This document shows positions 1-9,059 of a DNA stretch of 64,000 nucleotides, piece after piece. The position numbers and the translations under genes are program-made. This DNA comes from Vampirovibrionaceae bacterium NZW_1234 (GTDB taxonomy: Bacteria; Cyanobacteriota; Vampirovibrionia; Vampirovibrionales; JAGQHJ01). The notes below the pieces were generated by a model. It saw nothing but the letters and a program-made list of their open reading frames with translations. It did no database searches and was not told where the DNA came from. Positions within the stretch are counted from its first letter, which is position 1. Every line of letters begins with the position of its first letter. The stretch is taken from the NCBI GenBank assembly GCA_041697335.1, contig JBGUGD010000015.1, forward strand, positions 96,001 to 160,000. Reading direction: 5' to 3'.

Positions 1-492
1 GTCGATTCTGATGGTGACGGTAAGATGACTTTGCTCGGCGATGATAAAGGCAAGGTCCAAATCGATGATGGCACTGGCAATGGCCCTATCAACGTCAACA
101 AATGGAAAGACGACATGCTATTTGAAGACAAGAACAAAGACGGCAAATTCCAGGCCGATGAAATCCAGAGTACCAAGGATCCAGAAGCCATTAAAAAATC
201 CGGATTTGATAAAAATAACGATGGTAAGCTCGATGAAGCTGAAGCCAAGGCGGGCAACCTCAAATTTGTTTCTTACGATGACAATGGAAAAGAACAGGTT
301 CGGGGCTTTGGTGAGGAAGGCCCCGGTGGAAAGCCTGGCATAAAAACCTTCGGCTATAACCTGAATAAACCAGGACAAACCGGAACCGATGGCATCCAGG
401 AAAAAGGACGCTCGACGGCAGAGTTCACCAATGGCAAAACTGCCGATACCATTAACTTTGACTTTGTCCCGAAAAAAAGCCAAGCCTCATAA
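1..492 (+). CDS. Partial (5'-truncated) protein with DxDGDG/EF-hand-like Ca-binding motifs; probable paralog of the C-terminal domain of 23516..24697
   Basis: Frame 1 is open from base 1 (VDSDGDGKMT...). Contains DKNKDGK and DKNNDGKLDEAE motifs. Stop at 492 is followed by a hairpin. Confidence 0.7.
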   Translation, partial: VDSDGDGKMTLLGDDKGKVQIDDGTGNGPINVNKWKDDMLFEDKNKDGKFQADEIQSTKDPEAIKKSGFDKNNDGKLDEAEAKAGNLKFVSYDDNGKEQVRGFGEEGPGGKPGIKTFGYNLNKPGQTGTDGIQEKGRSTAEFTNGKTADTINFDFVPKKSQAS

Positions 493-555
493 GGTGAAAA
501 AATCACAGATACCCCTCGTTAGTTAACACAACACACTGTATCCATAACGCATCAT

Positions 556-594
556 GTTAAAATCCCCGCAACGCATGCCAGCGGGGATTTTGAC
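556..594. terminator. Bidirectional intrinsic terminator between convergent genes
   Basis: GTTAAAATCCCCGC-N11-GCGGGGATTTTGAC inverted repeat. Confidence 0.75.
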
Positions 595-614
595 TTTCGT
601 TTTCTCCGGGTAAT

Positions 615-1382
615 TTAATATCCGTATGAATCGCTGTCTTGAGCCACTTCTCTCAAGATATCGAGATTGGTTATTAATATCTTGCCGCCCCGGAGGTATT
701 TAATACACTGATATTGCTTCTTCAATCGACTGATTATTCGGACGGATTCCTCATAGGCAATGCCCGTCATACTGGCAATGTAATCATGAGGTAATTGAAT
801 TTTTAATTGCAGACCTTCGGGTGTTTCTTCATATCCATCACGTTTCAGATGATACAAAATAATCTTTGCTACTCGGGCTTCGCTCTTCTTGACGACCTGA
901 TTATGCGTTGCATAGTTAAACCAGAGCACTTCTCCCATGGCACAAAGCATATCCAAAGCAATCTCGGGAGACTGAGAGGTCAGAGTTCGAAAGCTTTCGC
1001 CGTTGAGATAAAGCACCGTGGTATCCGTAAGCGCTTCCGCTGAGAACGGATGAGGTTGATTCGTCAAGGCTCCGGTAACCCCAAAAAACTCACCGGTAGA
1101 CGCCAAGCGAACAATGGTACTCTCACCATCCGAAGAATATTTCACCAGCTTGACACAGCCTTCAACAACAAAGTAAATCCGAGACCCCGTCTTGGAAGGT
1201 AAATCCATTTCATAGAAAATGACCGTCTCTTTGCGGTAGGTCGTTTCATAAAACAAAGCCCGAGCCTGCTGCAATTCTTCGTTGGTCAACGACTTAAAGA
1301 GCGGAATTGCTCTCAGCTTTTGAACAATGTCGATCTTATCCGGCTGACTGACGGGCAGGGTGGAAATCATGAGGCTTTCCAA
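615..1382 (-). CDS. Crp/Fnr family transcriptional regulator
   Basis: cNMP-binding domain (IYFVVEGCVKL, GEFFG, SAEALTD) plus C-terminal HTH (IASMTGIAYEESVRIISRL). The start could be the ATG at 1370. Confidence 0.9.
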   Translation of the reverse strand: MESLMISTLPVSQPDKIDIVQKLRAIPLFKSLTNEELQQARALFYETTYRKETVIFYEMDLPSKTGSRIYFVVEGCVKLVKYSSDGESTIVRLASTGEFFGVTGALTNQPHPFSAEALTDTTVLYLNGESFRTLTSQSPEIALDMLCAMGEVLWFNYATHNQVVKKSEARVAKIILYHLKRDGYEETPEGLQLKIQLPHDYIASMTGIAYEESVRIISRLKKQYQCIKYLRGGKILITNLDILREVAQDSDSYGY

Positions 1383-1475
1383 TCCGAATTACTTCTAAAG
1401 GGTCTACCAGTATTATAGTCAGAAAATATGATGACGGTAGAACAACTTTAAATTTATTATCAGCTTCGGCCAAGA

Positions 1476-1853
1476 TTAGTTCTTGGCAACACCTTTAAAC
1501 TGATTTGACAAGTAATATACAGCCTGGGACTCACTGGGCCAGATTTCAAGGACGGACCCAAGCTGTGTAAGCTCGACCAGGCGTGCAAACACATCGTTTA
1601 AACCACACAGTGCCAGGCCACCATGGCTTTCTTTTACCATTTTCAGCACAGAAACCACTGTGGCGAGCCCATAACTATCGATTACACCAATGGCCTCGAC
1701 ATTGAGTACAAACAAGCGAGCACCCTGATCCAAAAGCTTCTGGACACAGGTCTTCAGTATGGCCGTTTGAGGATAGGTAAAATTCTCAGCAGTAATGTCC
1801 AGGACAACACAATCATCGACCTGTCGTCCCTTTACGTCAACGGTTACATCCAT
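1476..1853 (-). CDS. STAS-domain anti-sigma factor antagonist
   Basis: VIDSYGLATVV phospho-Ser motif and GGLALCGLN...VELTQL. Confidence 0.85.
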   Translation of the reverse strand: MDVTVDVKGRQVDDCVVLDITAENFTYPQTAILKTCVQKLLDQGARLFVLNVEAIGVIDSYGLATVVSVLKMVKESHGGLALCGLNDVFARLVELTQLGSVLEIWPSESQAVYYLSNQFKGVAKN

Positions 1854-2065
1854 CGACACACCACCATGCCCGTTTATCACCTAAGCAGTATATTCCCTCT
1901 AATTCTACCATAGTCAACACGCGCCGTTTCTCCTCAAATTAAGGGGTTTTTCACCACTCACCCCATCAGCCATTGGAGAATTCACGGTCTTGGTCGATAT
2001 GAAGTAAGTAAGCAAAAGCGACCTGGAAATACCCACAAACCGCTTTCCCTCAAGGATTACGCATC

Positions 2066-2881
2066 ATGGCTTATTTTGATTTTCAAAGACCACGAGGCAT
2101 CATCAGCTTATTACTTGTTGTTAGCCTTTTCATTGTTTCATTCTCACCCCGCATGGTCCAAGCTCGGGCAAAGCAATACAGTGCTTCGGTTTCAACAAAT
2201 CGAAGCGAAGTTTATGCGGGTGCTCACCTTGATCGCATTGTCAGAGAAAAGTTTCCAGATCCCACGAATGCCGGTATTCAGCAATATGTCAGCAGTGTTG
2301 GTTTGAAAATCGCATCTGTCAGCCACAAGAACATCCCTCTCACCTATACCGTACTGGAAGATCCTCGCCAAGCCCTCTCATTTTCAAGCCCAGGAGGCTT
2401 TGTCTATATTACGACAGGGCTTTTGAACATGATGGAGAGTGAATCTCAACTGGCTGGAGTGCTTGCCCATGAGACAGGTCATGTGATGCAGCATCATACT
2501 GCCCATCGAGTCCAGGATCAGTTTCCAGAAGAGTTTCGTCTGATGGCTAGCGGGGCTCCCTTATCAAATAATGTCTATTCGGCTCTCTCTCGGGTAGGGG
2601 ATATGATTATCAACCTACAATTCGATACCTGGGAAGATGATGAAGCCGATAAGCTGGCTGTTCGCATGATGGCAGAAGCAGGGTACAACCCGAATGCATT
2701 AAGCAGCATTCTGGAAAAGATAAATAAGATGAGCACTCTGGGTGTTGTTATCAGTTATCAGCAACAACATCCTGCTCATGAAACCCGAGTACTCCTTCTA
2801 AATGAGTATATTTATCGAAATCAGCTTCATCAGGCAAATCAAATTAAAGACACCCCACAGTTTCACCGATTTATTCGATAG
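2066..2881 (+). CDS. M48 family zinc metallopeptidase with signal peptide
   Basis: SPGGFVYITTGLL, LAGVLAHETGH, EADKLA, AGYNP, HPAHETR. Confidence 0.9.
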   Translation: MAYFDFQRPRGIISLLLVVSLFIVSFSPRMVQARAKQYSASVSTNRSEVYAGAHLDRIVREKFPDPTNAGIQQYVSSVGLKIASVSHKNIPLTYTVLEDPRQALSFSSPGGFVYITTGLLNMMESESQLAGVLAHETGHVMQHHTAHRVQDQFPEEFRLMASGAPLSNNVYSALSRVGDMIINLQFDTWEDDEADKLAVRMMAEAGYNPNALSSILEKINKMSTLGVVISYQQQHPAHETRVLLLNEYIYRNQLHQANQIKDTPQFHRFIR

Positions 2882-2882
2882 C

Positions 2883-3749
2883 CTAAACCACCTGTGGGGG
2901 TGGTTGAAGAATAGAAGAATCCTTATCTTTCGGATCGTCAGGGTTTGAGTTTTGCGGCCTTGGATACTCCATGACAGGTGATGACGACTTTGGCATGGGA
3001 CGAAACTCAACCTGGGATACTCGCCGCGCAAAAACTTTTGTACCCGATTCGAGATTTTGAAATACCCGGGTTTTACGTTCTTCTGAAGCTGAACGCTCCT
3101 CCCAGCCAGACCCGATTAAAATTAACCGGTTGTTGCCACTCCCCCCCTGGATTTTTATACGATTGGCTTTTGCCGGATAGATCACAAACTCATCATCGCC
3201 TTTCTCGCCATCGAGTAAGACTTCTTGATGGTCGCCCACGACAGAAAAGCGATCATTGCCAGGGCCGCCATTATAGATCCCCTTTGTCCGATGTCCGCCA
3301 ATACAAATATAATCGTTTCCTTTACCGGCCATCACATTATTCTGATTTTGATAACCAAAGCAGATAAATTCATCGTTTCCATCACCACCAATAAACGTAT
3401 TGTGATGTTTGGCCCCATTGCAAAAGAACATATCCCGTTTTTCTCCGCCATGGAAGAAGTGGTTCCCTCGTTCGCTGCTTTTGTTGATATTCAAAGTGTT
3501 TTCAGCCTGTTTAGCGCCAAGAAACACATTAATATTGCCATTGCCGAAAACATCCATCTGGTTGTGAACGCCGCGTCCATGATATTGAAGAACATTTTGG
3601 TCGCCTTCAACCCGAATAAAGTTATACTGTCCCTCTCCGTGGAATTCGCGCGTCACAGCCCTTGCCCCATATGGGATTTCATACGTTGCAAACCTGGACG
3701 AATCCACATTCGTAATGAAAGACGTTGAATGAGACACAATAAAACCCAA
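2883..3749 (-). CDS. Protein with RTX/hemolysin-type Ca-binding GGxGxD repeats
   Basis: GGDGNDEF, AGKGNDYI, GGPGNDRF, GEKGDDEF, GGSGNNRL; TTG start. Confidence 0.7.
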   Translation of the reverse strand: MGFIVSHSTSFITNVDSSRFATYEIPYGARAVTREFHGEGQYNFIRVEGDQNVLQYHGRGVHNQMDVFGNGNINVFLGAKQAENTLNINKSSERGNHFFHGGEKRDMFFCNGAKHHNTFIGGDGNDEFICFGYQNQNNVMAGKGNDYICIGGHRTKGIYNGGPGNDRFSVVGDHQEVLLDGEKGDDEFVIYPAKANRIKIQGGSGNNRLILIGSGWEERSASEERKTRVFQNLESGTKVFARRVSQVEFRPMPKSSSPVMEYPRPQNSNPDDPKDKDSSILQPPPQVV

Positions 3750-3911
3750 GCCCGTAATATATACCCCTTATATACCCCTTGGGCCCAGCTAATATGCAGC
3801 ACCCAATTATGTCAATTAAACCATAATGCTATCAAAAATTGTTTGAGAAGCCTGCTTGGGTTCATACTCGTTTACCAAATCAGCATCGCATGAGCACCTT
3901 CGTATATCATG

Positions 3912-5864
3912 CTAGCCACAAACTGAATACTGGCAGTCTGGACATTGATGGCATCCTTCAATAAAAGCCAATGGTTTACGACAATCAGGACAATGACGCC
4001 CATCCACCAACTCTAGCTTGGCGATTTCGGAATCATCATTAGCGCTTGGATCGACGGTCAATGTTTTTAAACTCATGGGCTGAAACTGGCGACTGTTGTT
4101 TCGATACACGGTAATACCCTTCAGCCCCAGCTCAAAGGCCAGTTGATACGTTTCGGAAATCTGCTCCATTGTGGCGGACTCAGGAAAATTGATGGTTTTA
4201 CTCACAGCATTGTCACTATAGCGTTGAAAGGCCGCCTGCATTTCTACATGCCAGCTAGGTGAAATATCATGGGCTGTTACATAAACTTGACGAAGACGTT
4301 GAGGCAATTGCGACATGTTTTTGATAGTCCCCTCCTGACCTGCCTGCTCCAAAATTTCGTCTCTATAAAGTCCATGAGCTTTTAAAGCAGCCTCAAAACC
4401 AGGATGAACCTCTAGCAGTTCTGTCCCATCCAAGACATGTCGCTTAAAGACCAGGGAATACAATGGTTCAATCCCACCAGAGGCCCCGGCAATAATGCTA
4501 ATGGTGCCTGTCGGAGCCAAACACAAGGTAGTGGCATGACGCAGCCCATATTCTGCCACCGCCTGATCCAAGGCTCTCCATTGCTCAGCGGTAATGCCAC
4601 CAGCCGGATCGTGGGCAAACTTTTCAAAAAACCACGTTCCTTTTGCATAGACACTCTGGTGAAAGAACGGAAAGCGCCCTCGGTCCTTGGCCAAGGCTAA
4701 TGACGCCAGTTTGGAGTGATAGCACATAAAGGCCATCACATCTTCGGCCAATGCAATGGCCTCAGCAGAATTATATGGGATATCCAGGGCCATCAGCGTG
4801 TCAGCCCAGCCCATCAATCCCAATCCTATCTTACGGTTGCCCTCCACCATCTCTTGAATCTGTTTGAGGGGAAAGGTATTCTGCACGATGACATTTTCCA
4901 AAAAATGGACACCCAGCATAATGGCCTTGCGAAAGCCCTCCCAATCCAAGTGGGCCTGACCATCAGACGCTGTAACCACAAAGCGGCCTAAATTGATGGA
5001 CCCGAGGTTACAGGCCTCATAAGGCAACAGGGGCACTTCGCCACAGGGATTTGTGGCCTCCATGGCCCCTACCCCCGGTGTTACATTTTCGGCATTAATC
5101 CGATCGATAAAAATAAGCCCCGGTTCCCCGGTTTGCCAGGCACAAGCGACAATTCTGCTCATTAAGGCTCGCGCGGAGACCTGTTTAACTATTTTTCGAG
5201 TCTTGGGATGGATCAGGTCGAAGTTTCCATCCGTCTTGACCGCGTCCATAAATGCATCCGTCACGGCAACAGAGATATTAAAGTTGGTCAACCGGGAAAG
5301 ATCATTTTTGATAGCAATAAAGGCTTCGATGTCTGGATGATCAATTCGCAAGATACCCATATTCGCACCTCGGCGCGTGCCACCTTGCTTAATGGCCTCC
5401 GTTGCCGCATTGTAGACCTCCATAAATGAGACTGGGCCTGAAGTGACGCCTGAGGTGTGATTTAAAAAATCTCCATGCGGACGAAGCCGTGAAAACGAAA
5501 AACCGGTCCCGCCACCACTTTGGTGAATCAGGGCTGCATGCTTCAAGGTTTCAAAAATGCCTTCCAAGGAATCCTCCACAGGCAAGACGAAACAAGCTGA
5601 CAATTGCCCGGAAGCCTTTCCTGCATTCATCAATGTGGGACTGTTAGGCAAAAAAGCCAATGTGGTCATAAGCTCGTAAAACTCGTCGGCAAGGTTCTCA
5701 ACATCTTTTGGTGCAGCCCCAAACTTCCGCTCACCTTCCGCAATGAAGGCTGCTACGCGGCGAAATAACGCTTCAGGTGTCTCAACAATTTGCCCTTGCG
5801 TATCTCGGAGCAAGTATCGCCTTTCCAGTACGACCCGCGCGTTTTGGGTAAGTTGCAATCCCAT
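3912..5864 (-). CDS. nrdJ: Adenosylcobalamin-dependent (class II) ribonucleotide reductase
   Basis: PNSPTLMNAG, QLSACFV, GGGTGFSFS, TNPCGE, ACNLGSINL, APTGTIS; C-terminal CPDC/CPDC Zn ribbon; no adjacent nrdB. Confidence 0.92.
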   Translation of the reverse strand: MGLQLTQNARVVLERRYLLRDTQGQIVETPEALFRRVAAFIAEGERKFGAAPKDVENLADEFYELMTTLAFLPNSPTLMNAGKASGQLSACFVLPVEDSLEGIFETLKHAALIHQSGGGTGFSFSRLRPHGDFLNHTSGVTSGPVSFMEVYNAATEAIKQGGTRRGANMGILRIDHPDIEAFIAIKNDLSRLTNFNISVAVTDAFMDAVKTDGNFDLIHPKTRKIVKQVSARALMSRIVACAWQTGEPGLIFIDRINAENVTPGVGAMEATNPCGEVPLLPYEACNLGSINLGRFVVTASDGQAHLDWEGFRKAIMLGVHFLENVIVQNTFPLKQIQEMVEGNRKIGLGLMGWADTLMALDIPYNSAEAIALAEDVMAFMCYHSKLASLALAKDRGRFPFFHQSVYAKGTWFFEKFAHDPAGGITAEQWRALDQAVAEYGLRHATTLCLAPTGTISIIAGASGGIEPLYSLVFKRHVLDGTELLEVHPGFEAALKAHGLYRDEILEQAGQEGTIKNMSQLPQRLRQVYVTAHDISPSWHVEMQAAFQRYSDNAVSKTINFPESATMEQISETYQLAFELGLKGITVYRNNSRQFQPMSLKTLTVDPSANDDSEIAKLELVDGRHCPDCRKPLAFIEGCHQCPDCQYSVCG

Positions 5865-5972
5865 CGAATGCCTCCATCTGATATCTTTATTTTAGCGCCA
5901 TATGGCCTCAAAAGCAGCCCTCGGCCGGAGGGTTCTCTGGCCAAGGGCAATTCATTGAAATAATGGTAGCGA

Positions 5973-7007
5973 CTACAGAGTGTTATTGACCACCACAGGC
6001 AAGGTAATGCGAGTCACATCAGCAGAGGATGGGAATATCATGCTCTGCAAGGTCGCAATAATCATATCCGATACGGTATCTGCCGCAGGTCCCTGAGGTT
6101 GAATGCGCAGAATCCGATCGGTCAGCACCTGAACTGAACTGACTAGCCCCGAGGAATCCACCCAGACTCGAAAGGTTGCTAGACCATGGTAGTTCTGGCC
6201 CCAATCTTTGGCCAAGCGATTCTGGATTTCCAATTGAGCTTCCTGCACAACCCGTTCAACTTCTTCCTGAGATAGACTGCCCTGAACATGAAGGCGTCCT
6301 TCTCGTATATGGCCATGGATGACAAAACGTCCTTCTCGGGGATCCATGGTGCCTTGCAGGGGTTGGACTGCATGCATGGCTCGATCATCAAAAACAACCA
6401 ATTGATTAAACAGGGAGGGGACTAAATCATAGAAGCTGTGGCCAGCCGAGGGCTGCATGATTTTGTTGGTTTCCCAGTAGTTCTCATCACGAAACACAAT
6501 GGTTTCCCCTCCCGTGAACTTACGTCGCTCCCAGTTGGTCAAGGAGAACACAAACGCCCAGCGACCGTTCTTGGCATCATTATGCACCCCCTGGCCACAG
6601 CCGTTCACATACAAACTTAGATAGGGATTGCTGACGTTACTTAACCCTAACGTCTCTATAGCCCAATGGGTCAATGTATCGTGAAACATGTGCATCAGAC
6701 GGGCTGGGATAATATGCTTGGGATCAGTCCGTAAGTAAGTATAGAGATTGGGCACATACCAATAATCCCAGATTTGATGGGTTGGGCCACTCTTTGCAAA
6801 AGGCTTATCAAAGTGCTCATCAATACAAGCCCGCATAGCCGCAGCTTGAGCATAAAAGTCTGGAACAATATAGTAGTGTTGTCGAGGATTAAGCTGCAGT
6901 GGGGTTGCCCCCTCATGCAAAATTCGTTCGGCCAAAGGAGTGGCTTGAGTCATTTGATTGGATTCCTTCTGTTGGGTTTGCAATGGCATTACTTTATCCT
7001 TATTCAA
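5973..7007 (-). CDS. 2OG-Fe(II) oxygenase (prolyl-hydroxylase-like) with extra C-terminal domain
   Basis: HND...FTGGE...NQLVVFDDRAMHAV...GRFVIHG. Confidence 0.8.
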   Translation of the reverse strand: MNKDKVMPLQTQQKESNQMTQATPLAERILHEGATPLQLNPRQHYYIVPDFYAQAAAMRACIDEHFDKPFAKSGPTHQIWDYWYVPNLYTYLRTDPKHIIPARLMHMFHDTLTHWAIETLGLSNVSNPYLSLYVNGCGQGVHNDAKNGRWAFVFSLTNWERRKFTGGETIVFRDENYWETNKIMQPSAGHSFYDLVPSLFNQLVVFDDRAMHAVQPLQGTMDPREGRFVIHGHIREGRLHVQGSLSQEEVERVVQEAQLEIQNRLAKDWGQNYHGLATFRVWVDSSGLVSSVQVLTDRILRIQPQGPAADTVSDMIIATLQSMIFPSSADVTRITLPVVVNNTL

Positions 7008-8031
7008 ATGGGTTCCTAACGGCTTGGCTCAGCCGATAAAAAATCTGTTGTAGCGGATTCCAAAGCGGCTCTTTTTTGTAGTCCAAGGCGTCATCCAAGT
7101 AATCAATCACCGGGATATTTCCTTGCAGACCAATATTAAAGCTACATTGATACAGAGGCCTTTGGAAGCCAGACACTGAAAAACGACGCCCAGGCAAGCG
7201 AGAATGTCCCACCCGCAAATTATTCAGAATCAATATTTCAGCTTCTTCACCATAGTTCGTTCGGGAAATAAATGAAAAGCGGCGCCTGGCATCGTCTGAC
7301 GGAAACACCAAATCCCGATCCCCACCAATGGTCTTAGGTTGCTTTGCCAGATACCGGGCTCCTGGCTGCATATTGTTCCATCGACGATAGGCCTCCATAT
7401 CCATGACCACGGGCTCAGTACCTTCAAGATCTTGGAAACCCCAATAGCCATTCACCAAAAACAACACCACCTGACGATGACAGAGCTCTTCACCGGCATA
7501 TTCATGATGGGCATAGTGTCCCCGGACAATATCATCAGAAGCGCTGACAAAGCGATTCCCATGATCTCGATATCCTTGGCTATGACTAATATGGAGTTGA
7601 AAGGGCCAAAACTCTGGATCCTGCTGGCTGAGCCGCCACAAGTCCTCACCATGGGGATGAACCGGTAAATCTCGCTCCATTGTGGCGATAAACGCCATCG
7701 GATCATAGCGAAAGACATCATAAGCAACATTCGTCACAAAAGCTTCCCGATCTCGCACATCGAGATAAAGCTGATGAATCTTTCGCAAACGCACAAAACC
7801 AATGTCTGGGTCTGTCAGCTTAGAAACCATCCGCCGCAAGGCAGAGCCCTTCAGCGAGTATTGTTCCAAGTCCAGGAAATCCTTGCGCGTCAGAACAATA
7901 TCCGGATCCGGCGGGTGGCTTTGCCATTCCGGCAGCAAGGGCTCCAGAGGAGGTGGAGCGCATTCCAATCTGGGTGAGTCTGAGATAAGAACCATCTCGG
8001 TATCCCAATCATTGCATTGACGGTTCGTCAC
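7000..8031 (-). CDS. Putative TauD/TfdA-like non-heme iron oxygenase
   Basis: C-terminal ILILNNLRVGHSR resembles the TauD-fold (D/N)NxRxxHxR motif; overlaps the next gene. Confidence 0.5.
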   Translation of the reverse strand: MTNRQCNDWDTEMVLISDSPRLECAPPPLEPLLPEWQSHPPDPDIVLTRKDFLDLEQYSLKGSALRRMVSKLTDPDIGFVRLRKIHQLYLDVRDREAFVTNVAYDVFRYDPMAFIATMERDLPVHPHGEDLWRLSQQDPEFWPFQLHISHSQGYRDHGNRFVSASDDIVRGHYAHHEYAGEELCHRQVVLFLVNGYWGFQDLEGTEPVVMDMEAYRRWNNMQPGARYLAKQPKTIGGDRDLVFPSDDARRRFSFISRTNYGEEAEILILNNLRVGHSRLPGRRFSVSGFQRPLYQCSFNIGLQGNIPVIDYLDDALDYKKEPLWNPLQQIFYRLSQAVRNPFE

Positions 8032-8093
8032 TCTTCAGGAAAAAACCAAACCCAACAGAAAATTGTGTAAGTCCTCTGTTTTGTAACTGGATG

Positions 8094-8909
8094 TTACGCC
8101 ATCAGATCAATCTCATATTCCTTTTGGAGCATCTTGGCAACGACCTTAAGAGAGCCGGGAAAATACTGTTGAAAGTTATCGTAGTTATACGTCGAGGATT
8201 TACCTCGCACCAGAATATCAACACACTCGGCAAAAGTCTCCTGTCGGGCATGTTGAAAGTCTCCATCCGGATCAGGCTCAAGATAGTAATAAAAAAAGTT
8301 TTTCGTGTGCGGATTCAACCAGGCCTGTTTCAGATGAGACGGGATCTGATCATAGTCACTCTGCCAGGCTGATTTAAATTCAGGGGATTCCGATATTCCA
8401 CGATTCAAATAGCGATCAATCTCAGCTTGAGACTTGGGAATACTAAGGCCCTGTTTCCTATCCCCATTGGCAACTCGAGCCCCAATGAGGTAGGCAACAA
8501 CATGCCCAAATTCGTGAACCACTGCATTTTCCCACACACGACTTAGGTTCCATTGTTGAGTCACACTATCTTTGATCTTTTCAGCAATCGTAATGATTTT
8601 CCGAAACGGGCCCCGATCATGATGGCCCCCCGTATAATCATTGTCTTCGGAAAACCAGCTTTCTCCCCCTTGGCGAATGTGATCCCGCACCTGAAGTTTA
8701 TATCCGTCTTGCAAAACATCGTTCACAATAGGCCGAGGCACTTGCCTCAATACAAAGGAGCGAATCGTATCCACAAAGCCATCTGAGGCACCATCGGCTT
8801 TAACGAGATGATCAACTGCCGCTACAGGCAAGGACACAGTCGACGCTTGGCCAAACCGCTTCTGTGGTTTGGCAACCCAATGCAAACACCTCGATGATAC
8901 CTCTAACAA
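8094..8909 (-). CDS. Zinc metallopeptidase, anthrax-lethal-factor/PPEP-like domain, with RFG leader
   Basis: VVHEFGH, SESPEFKSAW, QETFAE. Confidence 0.7.
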   Translation of the reverse strand: MLEVSSRCLHWVAKPQKRFGQASTVSLPVAAVDHLVKADGASDGFVDTIRSFVLRQVPRPIVNDVLQDGYKLQVRDHIRQGGESWFSEDNDYTGGHHDRGPFRKIITIAEKIKDSVTQQWNLSRVWENAVVHEFGHVVAYLIGARVANGDRKQGLSIPKSQAEIDRYLNRGISESPEFKSAWQSDYDQIPSHLKQAWLNPHTKNFFYYYLEPDPDGDFQHARQETFAECVDILVRGKSSTYNYDNFQQYFPGSLKVVAKMLQKEYEIDLMA

Positions 8910-9059
8910 CCCTTATGATCCTCGCTAACACATCCCAAGCTAACAGCATACAGGCCGATAAAAGACCAAAGCAAACCCAGCCCTCTATTACTCCATGATT
9001 ATACGATAGCTCGCAGTTCTATGAAAAGAGCAGCACCGCGAGCTATCACCAGATATAAC

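Noticed and set aside
537..562. dif-like sequence (TGTATCCATAA-CGCA-TCATGTTAAAA)
   Set aside because: The central spacer is 4 bp rather than the 6 bp needed for XerCD sites, and it overlaps a terminator arm.
3759..3780. ATATACCCCTT tandem duplication upstream of the RTX-like gene (GGGTAT on the minus strand, SigB/SigF-like)
   Set aside because: Only two copies and no correctly spaced -35 element, so it cannot be distinguished from chance.
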